This document shows, in pieces, positions 10,840 to 20,377 of a stretch of DNA of 64,000 bases (the stretch's first letter is position 1; the number at the start of each line of letters is the position of its first letter). A program made the translations under genes and the position numbers. The stretch is from Arachnia propionica (lineage in GTDB: Bacteria > Actinomycetota > Actinomycetes > Propionibacteriales > Propionibacteriaceae), in the NCBI GenBank assembly GCA_002748325.1, contig PDSD01000038.1, forward strand, positions 4,523-68,522, in the 5' to 3' direction. Under the pieces are notes generated by a model. That model made no database searches and was not told the origin of the DNA. It saw only the letters and a program-made list of their open reading frames with translations.

Positions 10840-11859
10840 TCACGCGTCGAACAGGCTGGCGGTTGTGGGCACTGTCAGCCCCAAATGTTGCCAGCCCGCA
10901 GCCGTTACCACTCGGCCGCGTGGCGTGCGAACCAGTAGCCCCTCCCGGATCAGGAAGGGCTCGGCCACCTCAGATACTGTTTCGGCTTCCTCGCCGACGC
11001 TTAGAGCCAACGTCGACAGCCCAACCGGTCCGCCGTCGAAGAGGGTACAAAGCGCCCGCAGCACCGCCCGATCCAACCGGTCGAGCCCCAGCGTATCGAC
11101 CTCATAAAGATCCAGGGCCGCCATTGCCTGTTCTCGCGCAATCCGTTCATGTCCCTTAACCTGTGCGAAGTCGCGCACTCGCCGCAGCAAGCGATTCGCG
11201 ATCCGCGGCGTGCCCCGGGAACGGCGAGCGATCTCGGCTAGCGCCTCGGGATCGGCGGCCACTCCCAACTTCGCGGCGGAAGTCACCAGAATCTCGGCGA
11301 TGGCGGCGTGGTCGTAGTAGTCGAGCTGGGCGGTGAAACCGAATCGGTCGCGCAGCGGCCCCGGCAGTAATCCTGCCCTGGTCGTGGCCCCCACCAGTGT
11401 GAAGGCCGGAAGCTCGATGGGAATAGCGGTAGCGCCGGGGCCTTTGCCCACTACGACATCGACTCGGTAGTCCTCCATCGCCAGGTAGAGCATTTCCTCG
11501 GCGGGCCTGGCCAGGCGGTGAATCTCGTCTATGAACAAGATTTCGCCCTCGGCGAGACCAGACAGAATCGCCGCCAGGTCCCCGGCATGGGTGATGGCGG
11601 GACCAGACGTGATCCTGGTGCCAACGCCAAGTTCAGCTCCCATGATCATGGCAAGGGTGGTTTTGCCTAGTCCGGGCGGGCCGGAGAGCAAGACGTGGTC
11701 CGGGGCAGCGCCGCGATGCGCAGCAGCTTCCAGCACCAGCGAAAGCTGTTTGCTGACTCGTGGCTGACCGGTGAACTCGGTTAGCCGCTTGGGGCGCAGT
11801 GCCGACTCAAAATCGCGCTCCTCAACCTGTGGGAAGGGATCCACGCTCGCGTCGCTCAT
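10840..11859 (-). CDS. ruvB: Holliday junction branch migration helicase RuvB
   Basis: [39 protein letters not shown]. Confidence 0.98.
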   Translation of the reverse strand: MSDASVDPFPQVEERDFESALRPKRLTEFTGQPRVSKQLSLVLEAAAHRGAAPDHVLLSGPPGLGKTTLAMIMGAELGVGTRITSGPAITHAGDLAAILSGLAEGEILFIDEIHRLARPAEEMLYLAMEDYRVDVVVGKGPGATAIPIELPAFTLVGATTRAGLLPGPLRDRFGFTAQLDYYDHAAIAEILVTSAAKLGVAADPEALAEIARRSRGTPRIANRLLRRVRDFAQVKGHERIAREQAMAALDLYEVDTLGLDRLDRAVLRALCTLFDGGPVGLSTLALSVGEEAETVSEVAEPFLIREGLLVRTPRGRVVTAAGWQHLGLTVPTTASLFDA

Positions 11860-12458
11860 GATTTGGCCAATGTTTGCAGGGCCGCCCGCAGCAGGCGCGC
11901 AACCGAGATGTCAGGGTCTTCCGCGGCCAGGTGGGCCACCTGATCGCATGCGCCCTTGGCGTCCTTGGCCGACCAGCCGAGCCCCTGCAGGCCATCGGTG
12001 ACGGCATCCCGCCAGCGGGCGTCGGGCTGCGTGGTAGGTGCCGTGGCGGCTTGGTGCGGAAACTCGATCTTGTCTTTGAGTTCAAGGATCAGCCGCTGTG
12101 CGCTCTTCTTGCCGATGCCTGGCACCGCGCAAAGAGTGGCGGTGTCCTCGTTACTGATCGCAGCACCCAGCTCACTAGGTGAGAGCACGCTGACTACCGC
12201 TAAGGCGATCTTTGGCCCTACCCCGGAGGCGCCTTGCACCAGCTCGAAAGCGTCTCGTTGGGCAGCCGCCGCGAAGCCGTACAGCGTAAGCGAGTCCTCT
12301 CGCACGATCAGACTGGTTTGGATCTGGGCTTGTTCGCCGCTGTGCAGTGCGCTGGAGGTCTGTGGATTGGTCAGTACCCGCAACCCCAGGCCGCCTACCT
12401 CAATCACAAAACTCGCTGCGGCAACGCTTAGAATCCTGCCGCTTAGTTGCGCGATCAT
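11856..12458 (-). CDS. ruvA: Holliday junction DNA-binding protein RuvA
   Basis: MIAQLSG start (ATGA overlap with ruvC stop), [11 protein letters not shown], HhH motifs. Confidence 0.96.
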   Translation of the reverse strand: MIAQLSGRILSVAAASFVIEVGGLGLRVLTNPQTSSALHSGEQAQIQTSLIVREDSLTLYGFAAAAQRDAFELVQGASGVGPKIALAVVSVLSPSELGAAISNEDTATLCAVPGIGKKSAQRLILELKDKIEFPHQAATAPTTQPDARWRDAVTDGLQGLGWSAKDAKGACDQVAHLAAEDPDISVARLLRAALQTLAKS

Positions 12459-12967
12459 CGGTGCGCCTGTGCTATCGCCGCATAGCGGTTCGTGGCCGGG
12501 CCGCGCCACAGCTGGGTGATCGCCAATGCGAGTGCATCGGCCGCATCCGCCGGCTTCGGGGTTTCGCTAAGGCGCAGCACCGTCCGCACCATCGTCTGCA
12601 CCTGGGCCTTGTCAGCGCGGCCAGAGCCGCTGATGGCTGCCTTTACTTCGCTTGGCGTGTGATGGCGCACCGGCAAGCCAGCGCGGGCCGCGACTAGGGC
12701 CGCGATACCGGCGGCCTGCGCGGTATCCAACACTGAGGTCCGGTTGTGTTGGGCAAAAACCCGCTCGATCGCAACGATGTCCGGCTGATACGTGTTCAGC
12801 CAATCCACCAATTCAGCTTCAAGCCGAACCAGCCGCAGGGGTGTGTCTAGATCGGTGGCGGTGCGAATGACACCGACCGCCACCAGTTGTGGCGCTCGTC
12901 CCAACTGCCCCTCGACCACGCCGACGCCGCAGCGGGTCAGGCCAGGGTCTACCCCGAGCACCCGCAT
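12455..12967 (-). CDS. ruvC: crossover junction endodeoxyribonuclease RuvC
   Basis: [25 protein letters not shown]. Confidence 0.97.
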   Translation of the reverse strand: MRVLGVDPGLTRCGVGVVEGQLGRAPQLVAVGVIRTATDLDTPLRLVRLEAELVDWLNTYQPDIVAIERVFAQHNRTSVLDTAQAAGIAALVAARAGLPVRHHTPSEVKAAISGSGRADKAQVQTMVRTVLRLSETPKPADAADALALAITQLWRGPATNRYAAIAQAHR

Positions 12968-12969
12968 TC

Positions 12970-13743
12970 TTAGTCGTCTCGTTCCATGGCCGCGGCAGCT
13001 GCCGCAGTAAGGCTCAGGTTGCTATAGACATTCTGGACGTCGTCGGAATCTTCTAGCGCGTCGATGATCTTGAACACCTTCTCCGCGACGTCGGCATCGT
13101 CGACCTCCTGGCTGTAGGAAGCCACGAAGGCCACCTCGGCGGAATCGTAATCCAGGCCGGCCGCCTCAATCGCCTGCCGGACCGGCACCAGGTCTGGGGT
13201 CTCGCAGCGGGCTTCCCAGGACTCGCCTTCGTCGCTAACCTCCTCTAGCCCGGCGTCTAGTGCGGCCTCCAGCACGTCGTCTTCTTCCAAGGTGCGCTCA
13301 CCTTGCTGCTTAGACACCACCACAACGCCTTTGCGTTCGAAGATCCGCTGGACGGAGCCGACATCGGCCATCGTGCCGCCGCTGCGTTGCACGGCAACTC
13401 GCACATCCGATGCGCTGCGGTTGCGGTTGTCGGTGAGGCATTCGATCAGGATCGCGACCCCAGCCGGCCCGTAGGCCTCATACATGATGGTTTCGTAGTC
13501 GGCACCGCCGGATTCGGCGCCAGAGCCGCGCTTGATCGCGCGCTCGATGTTGTCGTTTGGTACCGAGGACTTCTTCGCCTTTTGGATGGCGTCATACAAG
13601 GTTGGGTTACCAGCCGGATCGCCGCCGCCGACGCGAGCTGCAACCTCAATATTCTTGATGAGCTTGGCAAATAGCTTCCCACGCTTGGCGTCAATCGCCG
13701 CCTTTTTGTGCTTGGTGGTCGCCCATTTCGAGTGGCCTGACAT
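12970..13743 (-). CDS. yebC: YebC/PmpR family protein
   Basis: [35 protein letters not shown]. Confidence 0.95.
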   Translation of the reverse strand: MSGHSKWATTKHKKAAIDAKRGKLFAKLIKNIEVAARVGGGDPAGNPTLYDAIQKAKKSSVPNDNIERAIKRGSGAESGGADYETIMYEAYGPAGVAILIECLTDNRNRSASDVRVAVQRSGGTMADVGSVQRIFERKGVVVVSKQQGERTLEEDDVLEAALDAGLEEVSDEGESWEARCETPDLVPVRQAIEAAGLDYDSAEVAFVASYSQEVDDADVAEKVFKIIDALEDSDDVQNVYSNLSLTAAAAAAMERDD

Positions 13744-13805
13744 TGGTTACCCTTCGCCTGTTTTCTTCGCTTGTGCTTGGCAGATCATATCTCGCCGTGA
13801 GGGTT

Positions 13806-14582
13806 TCAGTCTCGCCAGACGCGCTGCTTAGCCTGCGCTGGCCCGGGGGCTGACTGTTCCCAGAGCCGCTGCCAGCGCGGCAGGCTTTGCACCACAGGGG
13901 TCTCAGCCTGGCCTTGCAGCGTCGCCCACCAAGACAGCTCGCCGCGGCTGCGTAGCTCAGTCAGACTGGAATGCACCTCGTCGAGCATCTCCGCCGCAGA
14001 CTTGCCGCGCGGATGAATCGCCGCACCGAAGCGCACGCTTACCCGCGGCCTGGTTCGCAATGACAGCCGTTGCAGCTCCCGCAGTTTGAATCCACCCAGC
14101 ACCACTACCGGCACCACCGGGGCCCCATACACATTGGCGAGCTCGACGGCTGCGGCCGCGTAGCTTTTCGCGTCGTCCCTTGCTTGCAATACTGCGACGC
14201 TGCGGCCCGCCTGCAGCGCCCGGTCGTGGCGATGGCTGGTGGTGCGCAGCCGCTTGGGCAACACCAGGCGTAACAGCTGCCAGTCCAGCGACCCGGTTTC
14301 AGAAAGCACGAAAATGGCTGGCAAACTCAATCCCTGCAAAGCTGCCGGCCCGTTGGTGTGCAGTTCGACGCGCCAGGCCAGCAGGCTCGCCATATCTGGG
14401 GCCGCCGGAATGTCGCTACGGTTCAGTCGCCAGCGCACGATCCGGCCCTCGCGTGGCACGTCGGCTGGGCGGCGGCGCAGCAACCCGAAGCCGCTGCCAG
14501 CGAACGCCCAAAGATCACCGAACAGCGTGATCCGCCGCCGGGGCGGCTTCGACTCAGCCCACGGCGCCACGCTGCGGCTCAC
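13806..14582 (-). CDS. lysophospholipid acyltransferase (PlsC-like) fold protein with degenerate catalytic motifs
   Basis: PAIFVLSETGSLD where IFVANHxSxLD is expected, APVVPV, VSVRFG, WW..WxRxW C-terminus; no FPEGTR. Confidence 0.65.
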   Translation of the reverse strand: MSRSVAPWAESKPPRRRITLFGDLWAFAGSGFGLLRRRPADVPREGRIVRWRLNRSDIPAAPDMASLLAWRVELHTNGPAALQGLSLPAIFVLSETGSLDWQLLRLVLPKRLRTTSHRHDRALQAGRSVAVLQARDDAKSYAAAAVELANVYGAPVVPVVVLGGFKLRELQRLSLRTRPRVSVRFGAAIHPRGKSAAEMLDEVHSSLTELRSRGELSWWATLQGQAETPVVQSLPRWQRLWEQSAPGPAQAKQRVWRD

Positions 14583-16096
14583 GGTGTCACCCCGACTGCC
14601 CGACCTGGGCTGTGCAGATAGGTGATTTGAGGGCTGCGCCCGACTTTGTCGGCTGCGATCTCCAACGCATCGAGGTAGGTGCTGGCTACCCGATGCCCGA
14701 GCTTCTCCGCAACGCCACGATCAGCTGCCACCCAGATCAGCTCGGCGATGGTGGTACTGGCTTGGGCGATCGCGTACCACTGATGAAACACGTGCAGCGG
14801 GTGGAATGCCCCATGGTCGCGGTATAGCTTGCGGTACCACGTGTCGTGCATCGCGGTCGCTTCGTGGCTGTCCTTGATCTGCTGCGGCTCGAGCGTTTCG
14901 GGCAATACCGTATTCAGGAAGTCGTCGCTGGGTACCCGGGCGCGATTGGCGTCATTCCTGGTGAGCGGATGGAACCCAATGACCACGCAGTCCTTGCGGC
15001 CGAAACTACCTGCTTCGTGCGAGGTGACCTGTTCGACCAGCACCTGGTGGGCCGCGCCGATCGGTGAGCCAATCGCGTAGGCGGCATCGATCTCTTGGCC
15101 CCAAGCCGAGCTGACTACCACGTCAGCCGTTGGCTGGATCGCGACCGCGTTGGCGGTGCGCCACACCTGCTGTGCCTGGGTCAGCACTGGAGTGGGGTGG
15201 CCTGCGGCGACATCGAGCACCGCGTAATCAGCCAGAGTGCTCACCAGCCTGCCCTGCGCCGAGTCGGGCAACAGCGCGGCGAGTTGCCGGATGGTCGCAA
15301 AGTTGGCTTGCGAGCCTGCCTGCCAGCGCCATTCGCGACGGCTGAGGAAATTCATGCCATGGGTGAATAATGGTTGGCCAAGTGTCGCCTGCAGGTGGAA
15401 GTGGCGTCTGCCAGCCAAGACGAGTTCCTGGACGGCAGCCCGCCGAGCTGCCGTGGCGCCAAGACCGCGGCAGGCGTTTATCGTCTCGTCGTCACAAAGG
15501 CCAAGCCAGGAGCAGTCGCTGTACCCGGGGCCGGTCTGCAGCCCGATGGAGACCACCACGTCCGCCGCCGCGACCTGCGCATTAATCCGAACCTCATGGC
15601 CTTCGACGCTGCCCACCGACACCAGGTCGGCAGCTGTTACGTCGTGACTTGCGATCAACTCGTCGGGCAGGAACGACATGGCTACCCGGTCGCCCAACAC
15701 CTGGCCAACTCGGGCCGGCGACCAGCGCGGCCGCAGTCCAGCGGTGGTCACGATGTGCACATCAGCCACACCTGCCCGGGCAGCGGTCTCAAGCACCAGC
15801 TCGATCATGTTTCGCCGAGCATCGAAACGAGCCGCTGGCAGCGGTGTCCCTTCGTCCACGACGACCACCGCCAGCTTCGTCTCCGGCTGCAGCAGATTCG
15901 CCAGCGGCTCGGATTCCAACGGAGCAGCCAAGGCGTGCTGAATCAACCCGACTGGATCAGTAGAAGCGGTTGCTTCGGCGGGATAGACCACCTGTGTGCC
16001 GGGGCTGAAGCGAGTCAACCGCGGATACGCGCCTGCCAAGGTCAGCAGCGGCGGGCTCTTCGGCCCAATCTCCAAGACAAAACCCGGGCGAGTCAT
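14579..16096 (-). CDS. DUF2088 / lactate racemase (LarA) N-terminal-like protein
   Basis: MTRPGFVLE N-terminus, ALAAPLESEPL, KLAVVVVD, SHD, VRINAQVAAADVVV, C-terminal FHPLHVF; coupled to both neighbours by ATGA/GTGA overlaps. Confidence 0.75.
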   Translation of the reverse strand: MTRPGFVLEIGPKSPPLLTLAGAYPRLTRFSPGTQVVYPAEATASTDPVGLIQHALAAPLESEPLANLLQPETKLAVVVVDEGTPLPAARFDARRNMIELVLETAARAGVADVHIVTTAGLRPRWSPARVGQVLGDRVAMSFLPDELIASHDVTAADLVSVGSVEGHEVRINAQVAAADVVVSIGLQTGPGYSDCSWLGLCDDETINACRGLGATAARRAAVQELVLAGRRHFHLQATLGQPLFTHGMNFLSRREWRWQAGSQANFATIRQLAALLPDSAQGRLVSTLADYAVLDVAAGHPTPVLTQAQQVWRTANAVAIQPTADVVVSSAWGQEIDAAYAIGSPIGAAHQVLVEQVTSHEAGSFGRKDCVVIGFHPLTRNDANRARVPSDDFLNTVLPETLEPQQIKDSHEATAMHDTWYRKLYRDHGAFHPLHVFHQWYAIAQASTTIAELIWVAADRGVAEKLGHRVASTYLDALEIAADKVGRSPQITYLHSPGRAVGVTP

Positions 16097-18426
16097 GGCG
16101 TGGCTTCTTCGTACTCGGCCCAGTCAATGATCGACCAGCCGGACTTGCGTGCTTCCCGCATCAACGCCACATCGGGGTTCACGATGACGGGGTTGCCCAC
16201 GGCGCTGAGCATGGGAAGGTCTACGTGGCTATCGGCGTAGGCGTACGAGTGGTCGAGTGAGAGGCCATGCTGGGCCGCAAAATGCCGTAGCCAGGCCTTG
16301 CGTGACTCCCCCACCATCGGTGGGCCTGCCAGGAACCCGGTGCATACCCCGTTATCGTCGGTGACCAGATCAGCCGCGATGATGTGATCAAACAGTCCCT
16401 CGAACGGGCGGGTCAGTGGCCTGATCTCGCCGGTCAACAAGACTGTGGTGTGACCTGCGTCGCGATGCTCGCGGATGCGGCGCAGCGCGCCGGGTGCGGT
16501 GCGTTCCAAAATCTTGGTTGCTAGCTCCTCATCGACTAGGCGCTCCAATTCGCGCAAGTTCGCCCCGGCATAGCGACGATAGAACCGACGCAGGAACACG
16601 CCTCGATCCTTGCGTTCGGCGCTAATGTAGTTCGGCAGCTGGGCGGCGACCCGCAGCAACTCCACCAACCGTTCGATCGGCCCCAGTTCCCGAAGCTTGC
16701 CCCACAGGTAAGCCTCGATGACGTTAGTGCGGGCGATCGTGCCGTTCAGGTCGAATACCGCGATTGCGTTCGCGGGTGCGGTCTCGCTGATGGCTTTGAA
16801 GGTGCGGGCGCGCTGACCGCGACGTTTCCGGCTGGCCTCCAGTCGTTTCATGGGATCCGTGATCGCGGGGATATGGACCTCTTGCATGTAGTGCCGCCAC
16901 TCGAAACTTGCGGTGTCGAAGCTGAACTTTGCGACGTCATCGGGGTGCAGCGACCGATGCAGCGCCAGGGTGCAGTCGTCGACGAAGTGCAGTTCTGAGT
17001 GCAGATACTCGCTGTAGAGCGTGAGGTACTTGTTTAGGAAGTTCAGCCTGCGGGTAGTCCGATCCAGGTTGCGGGCGAAGGCCAGGGTGCGTTTGCTGCG
17101 GGGCACATAGCTCAACAGCTGGTTGCCGATTCTGGTGGCCTTTTCGGCAAACCAAAGCTTACGTTCAAGCGGCTCAGCGCCGGGGAACTTCCACTCGGGC
17201 AAATCGGCAGCAGCTTGGCCATCGGAGTAAGGATGCTGCTGGAAATATCCGCGAACGTGCTCGTAGATCTCGCGGAACGTCAAGGGATTCCGGGCGCCGG
17301 AATTAGAGTGATAGAACTCCGGCTGGCCAACCTCGGGCTTGGTAGCCGCGACCGCAATGATCGTATTCACCACCAAATCGCATGGCACGATATCGATGAC
17401 GGCGTCGGGTGAGGCCGGGAACTCCGGCAGCTGCCCCTTGCCGTAGGCCAGGATGATCGGATCGGCCATCTTGAACCCCTCGATCCAACCGGGGAAGGGA
17501 TCCTTGAGTGACGATTCCACGATGGCCGGGCGCACCACCGAGACCCGGAAGTCCTTCCCGGCCTCCACGACAACGCGCTCCGCCATCGCCTTGGCGAACG
17601 TGTAGGCGTCGGTCCAGCCCAGTGAGCGGGCTCGTTCGGTGCCAGCGACCACCATCTCGTGATCCACCCATTCCTGCCGACGGCGTTCGATATCGGCGGC
17701 AGTGGTCAAGAACCCGGCCCGACGGTGCTGCAACTCCGCCTGCTTGCGAAGCAGGGTTAGCTGTTCGGAGCTGCGAGACCGCGCCTCGACATGCTCGCGC
17801 ATTGCTTGGGCCGCAGCGGCTTCGATTCGGTAGTCCACGTCGTGTTCTTGTTCGGCCTCCGGGATCGGGCCACGGCGTCTGCCGGCGGTGTACGCGGTAG
17901 AGACATGGACGTAGTGCGGCACCTTGATCAGGTCGCCGGCCTCGTTTGAACAGGCTTCCCGCAGCCTGGCCAGCAACGCTTTGGTACCGGTCACGTTGGT
18001 CGCGAAGGCTTTGTCCAGCGGCGGATCGAAGGAAACGTCGCCGGCGCAGTGGATCAAGATATCGAGGTCGCTAGGCAGCTTGGGCACGCTAGGCAGATCG
18101 CCCTCGACCACCTCGACGCGGTCAGCCATTAACTCGGCCACGCCACCGGCTTGGGCTACCAGGTCGGCGAAGATTTTCTTGTTCAGCACGCCCCGCACCC
18201 GATCGGTTGCCGACGAAGCGCCTTTGGGACGTACCAGCAGCGCGGTCTTGGCGTCTGGCACGTCGGTCAGGATCTTCCACAGCAACTGCTCGCCGATGAA
18301 ACCGGTTACGCCGGTAAGCACGATCTTCTTGCCAGCCAGCAGCTCGGTGATCCGGCCTTGCAGCAGCGGCGGTTGATGGACTGGCGCCTGCGCCGTGGCG
18401 CGGTCTTGGGTTTGGTTTTCAGGCAT
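16093..18426 (-). CDS. fatty acyl-CoA reductase (NAD_binding_4 + Sterile domain) fused to HAD-IB hydrolase
   Basis: TGVTGFIG, HCAGDVSF, HVSTAY, YTFAK (YxxxK), RPAIVES, PFPGWIEG, DIVPCD; C-terminal FDLNGT...YAYADSHVDLPML. SD GGAGGT before ATG 18426. Confidence 0.88.
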   Translation of the reverse strand: MPENQTQDRATAQAPVHQPPLLQGRITELLAGKKIVLTGVTGFIGEQLLWKILTDVPDAKTALLVRPKGASSATDRVRGVLNKKIFADLVAQAGGVAELMADRVEVVEGDLPSVPKLPSDLDILIHCAGDVSFDPPLDKAFATNVTGTKALLARLREACSNEAGDLIKVPHYVHVSTAYTAGRRRGPIPEAEQEHDVDYRIEAAAAQAMREHVEARSRSSEQLTLLRKQAELQHRRAGFLTTAADIERRRQEWVDHEMVVAGTERARSLGWTDAYTFAKAMAERVVVEAGKDFRVSVVRPAIVESSLKDPFPGWIEGFKMADPIILAYGKGQLPEFPASPDAVIDIVPCDLVVNTIIAVAATKPEVGQPEFYHSNSGARNPLTFREIYEHVRGYFQQHPYSDGQAAADLPEWKFPGAEPLERKLWFAEKATRIGNQLLSYVPRSKRTLAFARNLDRTTRRLNFLNKYLTLYSEYLHSELHFVDDCTLALHRSLHPDDVAKFSFDTASFEWRHYMQEVHIPAITDPMKRLEASRKRRGQRARTFKAISETAPANAIAVFDLNGTIARTNVIEAYLWGKLRELGPIERLVELLRVAAQLPNYISAERKDRGVFLRRFYRRYAGANLRELERLVDEELATKILERTAPGALRRIREHRDAGHTTVLLTGEIRPLTRPFEGLFDHIIAADLVTDDNGVCTGFLAGPPMVGESRKAWLRHFAAQHGLSLDHSYAYADSHVDLPMLSAVGNPVIVNPDVALMREARKSGWSIIDWAEYEEATP

Positions 18427-19147
18427 TGCTACCTCCAGCGATCTTGAGAGCATCGGTCAGCGTAAAAGAATTGGTATAGAGGGCGGTGCCGATGATTACG
18501 CCCTCGATTCGGTCTAGTTCGCGCAGCGCGGCAATATCTGCCAGTGAGGAGACCCCGCCGGAGGCGACGATGGCCGCGCTCGTGGCCTGGCCGACCTGTT
18601 GCAGCAGCTGCAGATTCGGGCCGGTTAACGTGCCGTCGGCTTGTACGTCGGTGACGACGAAGCGGCGGCAACCGGCCTCGCTGAGGCGCTGCACGGCTTC
18701 GCGCCACGGCCCCGCGGACATAGTCCAGCCACGGCTCGCCAACACTTCGCCGCGTACGTCTAAGCCGATGGCGATCTGTTCGGGGTAGCGCGCCAGCAGC
18801 TGCGCGGTCCACAGCGGGTTCTCGATTGCGGCGGTACCGAGGTTGAGCCGGGTAGCCCCGGCGGCCAGCGCCCGCTCGGCGGCGACCTCGTCGCGGATCC
18901 CGCCGGAAACCTCAACCGAAATACCTACCGCATCGACCAGGCGTTTGATGACCTCGACGTTGTTGCCGCGGCCAAAGGCGGCGTCTAAGTCGACGACATG
19001 CAGCCAGGTTGCCCCTTGCTGTTGCCACTGCAAGGCCAATTCGATCGGATCGCCGAAGTCTTGTTTGGTCTCGGCGACGCCCTGAACGAGCTGCACCGCG
19101 CGGCCAGCGATCACATCGACAGCAGGCAATAGCTGAATAGGCTTCAC
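18419..19147 (-). CDS. hisA: phosphoribosyl isomerase HisA/PriA
   Basis: LLPAVD, WLHVVDLDAAFG, SGGIRD, SRGW, ASGGV; start taken at GTG 19147. Confidence 0.95.
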   Translation of the reverse strand: MKPIQLLPAVDVIAGRAVQLVQGVAETKQDFGDPIELALQWQQQGATWLHVVDLDAAFGRGNNVEVIKRLVDAVGISVEVSGGIRDEVAAERALAAGATRLNLGTAAIENPLWTAQLLARYPEQIAIGLDVRGEVLASRGWTMSAGPWREAVQRLSEAGCRRFVVTDVQADGTLTGPNLQLLQQVGQATSAAIVASGGVSSLADIAALRELDRIEGVIIGTALYTNSFTLTDALKIAGGSNA

Positions 19148-19166
19148 AACCGTTGAGCCTATCGGA

Positions 19167-19772
19167 TCAGCCAAGCGATAGTTGCAGCCAGTTGCGCAGT
19201 AGCCTTACCCCTGCGCGGCCGCTCTTCTCGGGGTGGAACTGGGTCGAGCAGATCGGCCCGTGTTCCACTGCAGCCACGAAGCGGCAGGACTCATGGCTGG
19301 CATAGTGAGCACCCGCAGCGGCTGTCACCGCGAACGAGTGCACAAAGTAGAACAGCTCGGCCGAAACGCCCTGGAACAGTCGGGAATCGGGCTGGACCTC
19401 GATACGGTTCCAGCCCATGTGCGGCAGCCGTCGCGCCTCGAGCTGAGCTACCGTGCCGGGGAACACGCCCAGGCCGGGCGTGACACTGCCATGCTCGGCG
19501 CCAGCTGCAAACAGCACCTGGTGCCCGACGCAGATGCCAAGCAGCGGCTTCGCGGCAGCCACCCAAGACAACACCAGGTCAGCCCCGCAACCGCGTTGCA
19601 GCCCGGCTATGCAACTGGCAAAGGCCCCTACCCCGGGCACGACCAGTCGGTCGCAGCGCGATAGCTCGGCTGTGGAATCGCTGACTACCACGTCCGCCCC
19701 GGCCGCCACTAAGGCTCGGCTGACGGAGTGCAGGTTGCCTGAACCGTAGTCCAGGATGCCGACGCGGCTCAG
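19167..19772 (-). CDS. hisH: imidazole glycerol phosphate synthase glutaminase subunit (probable CTG start)
   Basis: [37 protein letters not shown]; homology begins at the hisB stop. Confidence 0.93.
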   Translation of the reverse strand: MSRVGILDYGSGNLHSVSRALVAAGADVVVSDSTAELSRCDRLVVPGVGAFASCIAGLQRGCGADLVLSWVAAAKPLLGICVGHQVLFAAGAEHGSVTPGLGVFPGTVAQLEARRLPHMGWNRIEVQPDSRLFQGVSAELFYFVHSFAVTAAAGAHYASHESCRFVAAVEHGPICSTQFHPEKSGRAGVRLLRNWLQLSLG

Positions 19773-20377
19773 AGCGATCCTTTGGTACTCGGAATGTCGT
19801 CGTGGCGTGGATCCGGCTCGATTGCGGCGCGTAAGGCCCGGGCCAACGCCTTGTACTGTGCCTCGGCGATGTGGTGCGGATCCATCCCAGCGAGCACGCG
19901 CAGGTGGATGCAGATGCCGGCGTTGAAGGCCAGCGTTTCCATCACGTGCCTGGTCAACGCACCGCAATAAGCCACACCGGAGCCACCGATCATGGCGGTC
20001 ACCTGTGATGCTGGCTCGCCTTGGCACACCGCATATGGGCGGCCTGCGACGTCCACGACGCACTGCGCCAACGCTTCGTCTAGCGGGATCATGGCGTCGC
20101 CGAAGCGGCGAATGCCGCGCTTGTCGCCCAGCGCTTGCCGCAGGGCTTGGCCGATAACGATGGCCGTGTCCTCAACGGTGTGGTGCGCGTCGATGTGCAG
20201 GTCGCCGTTGGCCGTCACTTCCAGATCGATCAGCGAGTGCTTGGCTAGTGCGGTCAGCATGTGGTCGTAGAACCCGACCCCGGTCTCGATTCGGGCGATC
20301 CCGGTTCCGTCCAGGTCGAGCGAAACGCTCACCTTGGACTCGCTGGTTTCCCGCCGCAGCGTCGCTTTCCTACTCAT
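19769..20377 (-). CDS. hisB: imidazoleglycerol-phosphate dehydratase
   Basis: [30 protein letters not shown]. Confidence 0.97.
   Translation of the reverse strand: MSRKATLRRETSESKVSVSLDLDGTGIARIETGVGFYDHMLTALAKHSLIDLEVTANGDLHIDAHHTVEDTAIVIGQALRQALGDKRGIRRFGDAMIPLDEALAQCVVDVAGRPYAVCQGEPASQVTAMIGGSGVAYCGALTRHVMETLAFNAGICIHLRVLAGMDPHHIAEAQYKALARALRAAIEPDPRHDDIPSTKGSL

Noticed and set aside
19773-20063. N-terminal extension of hisH in the ORF track
   Set aside because: Lies inside hisB in another frame and has no HisH similarity
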